A stretch of DNA of 58,171 nucleotides, taken from Carcharhinus longimanus (Eukaryota). Positions 1-58,171 of the stretch are shown here, piece after piece (within the stretch, counting starts at the first letter, position 1; each line of letters begins with the position of its first letter). Where the stretch lies: NCBI GenBank assembly GCA_030264375.1, contig JASCQW010000081.1, positions 64,593,943-64,652,113 on the forward strand, written 5' to 3'. Both the position numbers and the translations under genes were made by a program. Under the pieces are notes generated by a model. The model had not been told where the DNA came from and ran no database searches. It saw only the letters and a list, made by a program, of their open reading frames with translations.

Positions 1-342
1 TTAAAGCTCAATTTTTTTTCAGGTACGGTAAATTACTTGGGGTCTGAATTTTAAAAAAATTTTTGATAACATCCAAGTTTCTCTTCATCATGTCTTTGCT
101 GATCTGAACATTGCCCTGAGACTGAAAACCTTTGACCTACGGGCTAGTGACAAATTTACCTGCCTTTTTCACACCTGGAAAATGGAGGAGAGCTGGGCAG
201 AGGAAAATCGGGGTGGACCTCATAACCACCCTTTGGGTGCTCATGCCCTGTTTGATGCAGTTTGGCTACCCAGGACTTTCCTCTTCTCGTTTAAATATGA
301 AAATCGGGGTCCTGTGCTGTTGTATAATGCCAGTTTCAATTA

Positions 343-812
343 TAGAGCCATAGAGGCTTTTAGCATGGAAACAGGCCATTCAACCCAACTTGTCCATGCT
401 GCCCTTTTATTTTAAAACCCCTAAGCTCGTCCCAGTTGGCCCATATCCCTCTAAACCCATCTTACCCATGTAACTATCTAAATGCTTTTTAAAAGACAAA
501 ATTGTACTCACCTCTACTACTACTTCTGGCAGCTTATTCCAGACACTCAGCACTCTCTGTGTGAAAAAATTGCCTCTCTGGACTCTTTTGTATCTCTCCT
601 CTTTCGCCTTAAACCTATGCCCTCTAGTTTTAGGTGCTCCTACGTTTGGGTAATGATATTGATTTTCTAACTGATCCATGCCCCTCATTATTTTACAGAC
701 CTCCTACACTCCAGAGAAAAAAGTCTCAGTCTATCGAGCTTCTCCTTATAATGCAAACTATCAAGTCCCAGTAGTATCCTAGTAAATCTTTTCTGTACTA
801 TTTCTTGTTTAA
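343..812 (-). mobile_element. CR1/HER1 LINE 3' end
   Basis: Minus-strand KTRGHRFK...FFTQRVLSVWNKLPEVVV...SFKKHLD, the CR1 ORF2 C-terminus. Confidence 0.88.
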
Positions 813-1090
813 TAATAATTAGAAGAACAAATAGGCAGAGTTTGCATCCTTTCACGCTGTACCTTTTTTAATTGAATGGTGAGCTCTACCCAGTGGTCCT
901 TAAATCTCCTATTTTTTGTGGGTTCAGGAGATGTGCTCCCCAGAGCCGCAAAGAAAATACCAGGGACTGGCCATGTCCCACATTCTGTGCCCACTGATTG
1001 GATTGCTCCCCTGTGCTCCAACCCCAAGCCTGACCATGTTAGAGCTGACCAATTGTCCACTGCCATTCACACTGATTGTTGTTTTCTCAG

Positions 1091-55424
<54,334 letters not shown>

Positions 55425-55573
55425 GAATGGCACAGAGCCTACTAGTAGCTATGCAACTGTAAACATGTCCAGGATATACAGCACACTAATGTCACATATG
55501 TGATTAGAATTTTAAAATATTGTATTAAGATTATGATGCTATCAATATTTTATATACTTCTGTCAAAATGTTT

Positions 55574-55590
55574 ATTAAATAATTATTAAA
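55574..55590 (+). promoter_or_regulatory. Candidate polyadenylation signals (ATTAAA twice)
   Basis: attaaa at 55574-55579 and 55585-55590, about 150 nt after the putative stop codon. Confidence 0.4.
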
Positions 55591-55811
55591 AAGTTTACAG
55601 AATAGCAATTTATTTTCCCCTTGGCAATTTTCTCCTGTCTCTCTCTCTCTCTCCTGAAGACATCAGCTCTTTGCTGCGTACAGTTTCACAGTGGCCATTT
55701 TGCATATATGAGCCTAGGTTGCGAGTATCAGCAATTGCAATTGGAGGGAATTACTGCTAGGTCTATTTTTGTGCTCGCACCATTGTTGATGCCTATGTAT
55801 TTCAGCAGGTA

Positions 55812-56012
55812 ACACGGGATAAGTGCACCCCCACCCCCCCCCCCAATCCAAGTCTTCACACGGTNNNNNNNNNNNNNNNNNNNNNNNNNNNNNNNNNNNN
55901 NNNNNNNNNNNNNNNNNNNNNNNNNNNNNNNNNNNNNNNNNNNNNNNNNNNNNNNNNNNNNNNNGGATAAGTGCACCCCCACCCCCCCCCCAATCCAAGT
56001 CTTCACACGGTC
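55812..56012. repeat. ~50-bp C-rich unit on both sides of a gap (minisatellite or gap-edge duplication)
   Basis: ggataagtgcacccccaccccccccccaatccaagtcttcacacggt occurs before and after the N run. Confidence 0.6.
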
Positions 56013-56059
56013 CGTTCTGTCACTTCCCTTCTGTGACCACTTTTTTTATCCACTTCTTT

Positions 56060-56320
56060 CGATAGACTGGCCACCAATATTCATTACAAACCCACCAACT
56101 TCCACAGCCATCTTGACTACAACTCCTCACGCCCTGCTTGCTGTAAGAGACTCCATCCCATCCTTCCAGTTCTCCACTTCCGCTGTATCAGTTCAGATGA
56201 TGCCATTGTTGAAAACAAAACTTCTAAAACCGAGGTGTCCCCCGCCCCCACAAATGTGGTTAACAGGGCACTCATCCCTGTCCGATCCATCTACCGCACC
56301 TTTGCCCTCATCCCTTTCAG
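56060..56320 (+). mobile_element. Penelope-like retroelement RT C-terminal remnant
   Basis: Degenerate YKPT..HS.LDY.S.H...C.DSIP.SQF...RCISSDDA pattern read across frameshifts. Confidence 0.55.
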
Positions 56321-58012
56321 AAGTAGGAAATATGAATGGTTGTGAGTCAAGTAGGAGGAGAGCAGGAACAACAAGCATTTCAAAGCAGTTACACACATAA
56401 TCTGATCCTACAATGCGACTGCAAACTTCTTTCTTCCAATCCTTTATTTCCAAATACCTACTAATCTTTGTTTCTTTTTGTAATTGCAATGCTACAATTC
56501 CTGTTGTTCAGTCTGAAAACTGCACAGATTAGAATCTGCTGGAGTGGGACATCTCGTGACCCATACTGTTAGATCTCTTCCTGTACTCTTCAGCGTAGAA
56601 TCTTTATTGCTCCATATCTTAAAAGTGCGAGTTGATAACAGTGTGCTGAGGCTGATTGGACATCTCTTACCTTAGTGAATGGCACAACAATGTATGACCT
56701 TCACTAAGAGATTTAAGGAGTAAGAAATAAACAGGAGATTAGCGGAGAAGGGAAAAGAGTGAATTTGTGTCATATTTAGTAAAGAGGGAGGAAGAAAAGA
56801 GAGAAAGAAAGGCTAGGTTAAGACGGAAAATGAAAAGACAAAGAATAATTTTAAAAAAATTAATTTTAAATGACAGATTTTTTTAAAGTTTCCAACAATA
56901 ATTTACTACCTGAAGGAATGAGATTCCATGGTTTCAATTGTTCGTTTTCTGAACCAGAGGGTTTTATTGCAGTTGGTAACAATTATCACATTGCTAAAAG
57001 GCTACCTGCATTCTTAATTTCTAAGACTTACATTTTCTGTGGTGAGTTTAATAGGCAAATGAGGTGAAGATCCAGCAACATATAAAAAAAATGTCTAAAG
57101 GTGAGATACTGTTTGTACACAGCAAACAACGGGATGGCATGAATCAAACAACAGATTTTGGAGAACACACCCTTATTCTCTGAACTTGGTGGTCAATTTG
57201 CCTATAGTTAATAACTTGTGTCAATGAGATACCGTTATTCCAATGACCTTTCTCAGCAAAGTAGTAGCAATGTAATAAGGAAAATTTACAATTTCTTTAA
57301 AAGGTTTGTGGAATCTATTTCTTTTCAAAAATGTTTGAAAATATCCTTTGTAATTTTCAATTGTAAAGGAAATTTGATTGTAATATTTTTGGATAAGAAG
57401 AAATACCAGTTAATGTGACCTGACGAGGCTTGACATGGAATCAGTGCTAATAGAAAGGAATTTAAGAAACAAACCATGTCGCCGACAGACACACAGGAGA
57501 GCTATGGGTAGAGGAGCTGGAGGGTGAAGGTGATCAGCGCAAAGATGAAGGGAAAACAGACAGATGAAAAGAGAAACACAAAATTCTTGTGAGGAGAAGA
57601 AGCAAATCATGAAGAGGTTATTTTACCTGTTTTTCAGAAATGGAAACTAGAGCCCTTGGAGGTATATAAGCTGGCTAAAAAGATCTAAAACTGAGAAAGC
57701 CTTGCAAAATATTCAGAAATGCTGCGGGGTATTTTCCTAGAAGTGACAAAACCGTGAATTAGAGTGTTATTGGTTGTTTGTTTGAAAAGGAACTCTGGAA
57801 AGCTACACCATCAGGACTCGCATGACCTAAGAGAGCGAGTTCATAGAAATGTGGCTTGCTAATAATAACAGTACATGTGAAACTTAAAGGTGAAAACTGT
57901 TGTTGGATAGGATACCTGATCTACCTTGCTTGTGTAAAGAACATCATATTGTAGAATGCTGTAGCAATGCAGTAACACATTTCGATGGGATACATGTGGT
58001 TGTGTGAAATTT

Positions 58013-58171
58013 CTTGATTTATTATTGTCACATGTATTAACATATAGTGAAAAGTATTGTTTTTTGCAAGTTATACAGACAAAACATACCATTAATAGAG
58101 AAGGAAACAAGAGAGTGCAGAATGTAGTGTTACAGTCATAGCTAGGGTGTAGAGAAAGATCAACTTAATGC
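58013..58171 (-). mobile_element. Rex1/Babar-like LINE 3' end, truncated by the window edge
   Basis: gatttattattgtcacatgtatt...gctagggtgtagagaaagatcaac, nearly identical to 10590-10740. Confidence 0.7.

Noticed and set aside
57638-57661. Possible small exon ttttcag|AAATGGAAACTAGAGCCCTTGGAG|gtatat
   Set aside because: No similarity to the GCN2 CTD, and an immediate stop in the phase required after exon 50882-50976; unsupported.

Overview
This is eukaryotic (vertebrate) genomic DNA, most likely from a cartilaginous fish: it is dense in HE1/V-SINE-type SINEs and HER1/CR1-type LINE fragments and has several assembly gaps. The window carries the 3' part of one + strand multi-exon gene. I could chain 21 GT-AG exons in phase from 1091 to a TGA at 55422-55424 (2225 coding nt, about 741 aa). 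They encode the C-terminal part of an eIF2-alpha kinase domain followed by a HisRS-like domain with its anticodon-binding subdomain, with exon boundaries that follow GCN2/EIF2AK4. The protein is far more divergent than expected for a vertebrate GCN2 orthologue. Kinase catalytic motifs are intact ([11 protein letters not shown], GTxxYxAPE). The tRNA-sensing motif-2 Arg is replaced by Leu, GGRYD has become GGQYT, and the ORF appears to stop before the GCN2 C-terminal dimerisation/ribosome-binding domain. The best candidate for an undescribed system is therefore a neofunctionalised GCN2 paralogue. Introns hold a decayed two-gene PIF/Harbinger transposon, several related MITEs (two stacked at one AAT target, one apparently carrying captured local DNA), and Deu-SINE, Rex1/Babar and Penelope remnants. 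The 5' part of the gene lies upstream of the window. All comparisons with human or yeast GCN2, PKR and HRI are from memory, not from a run alignment. Repeat boundaries are approximate.
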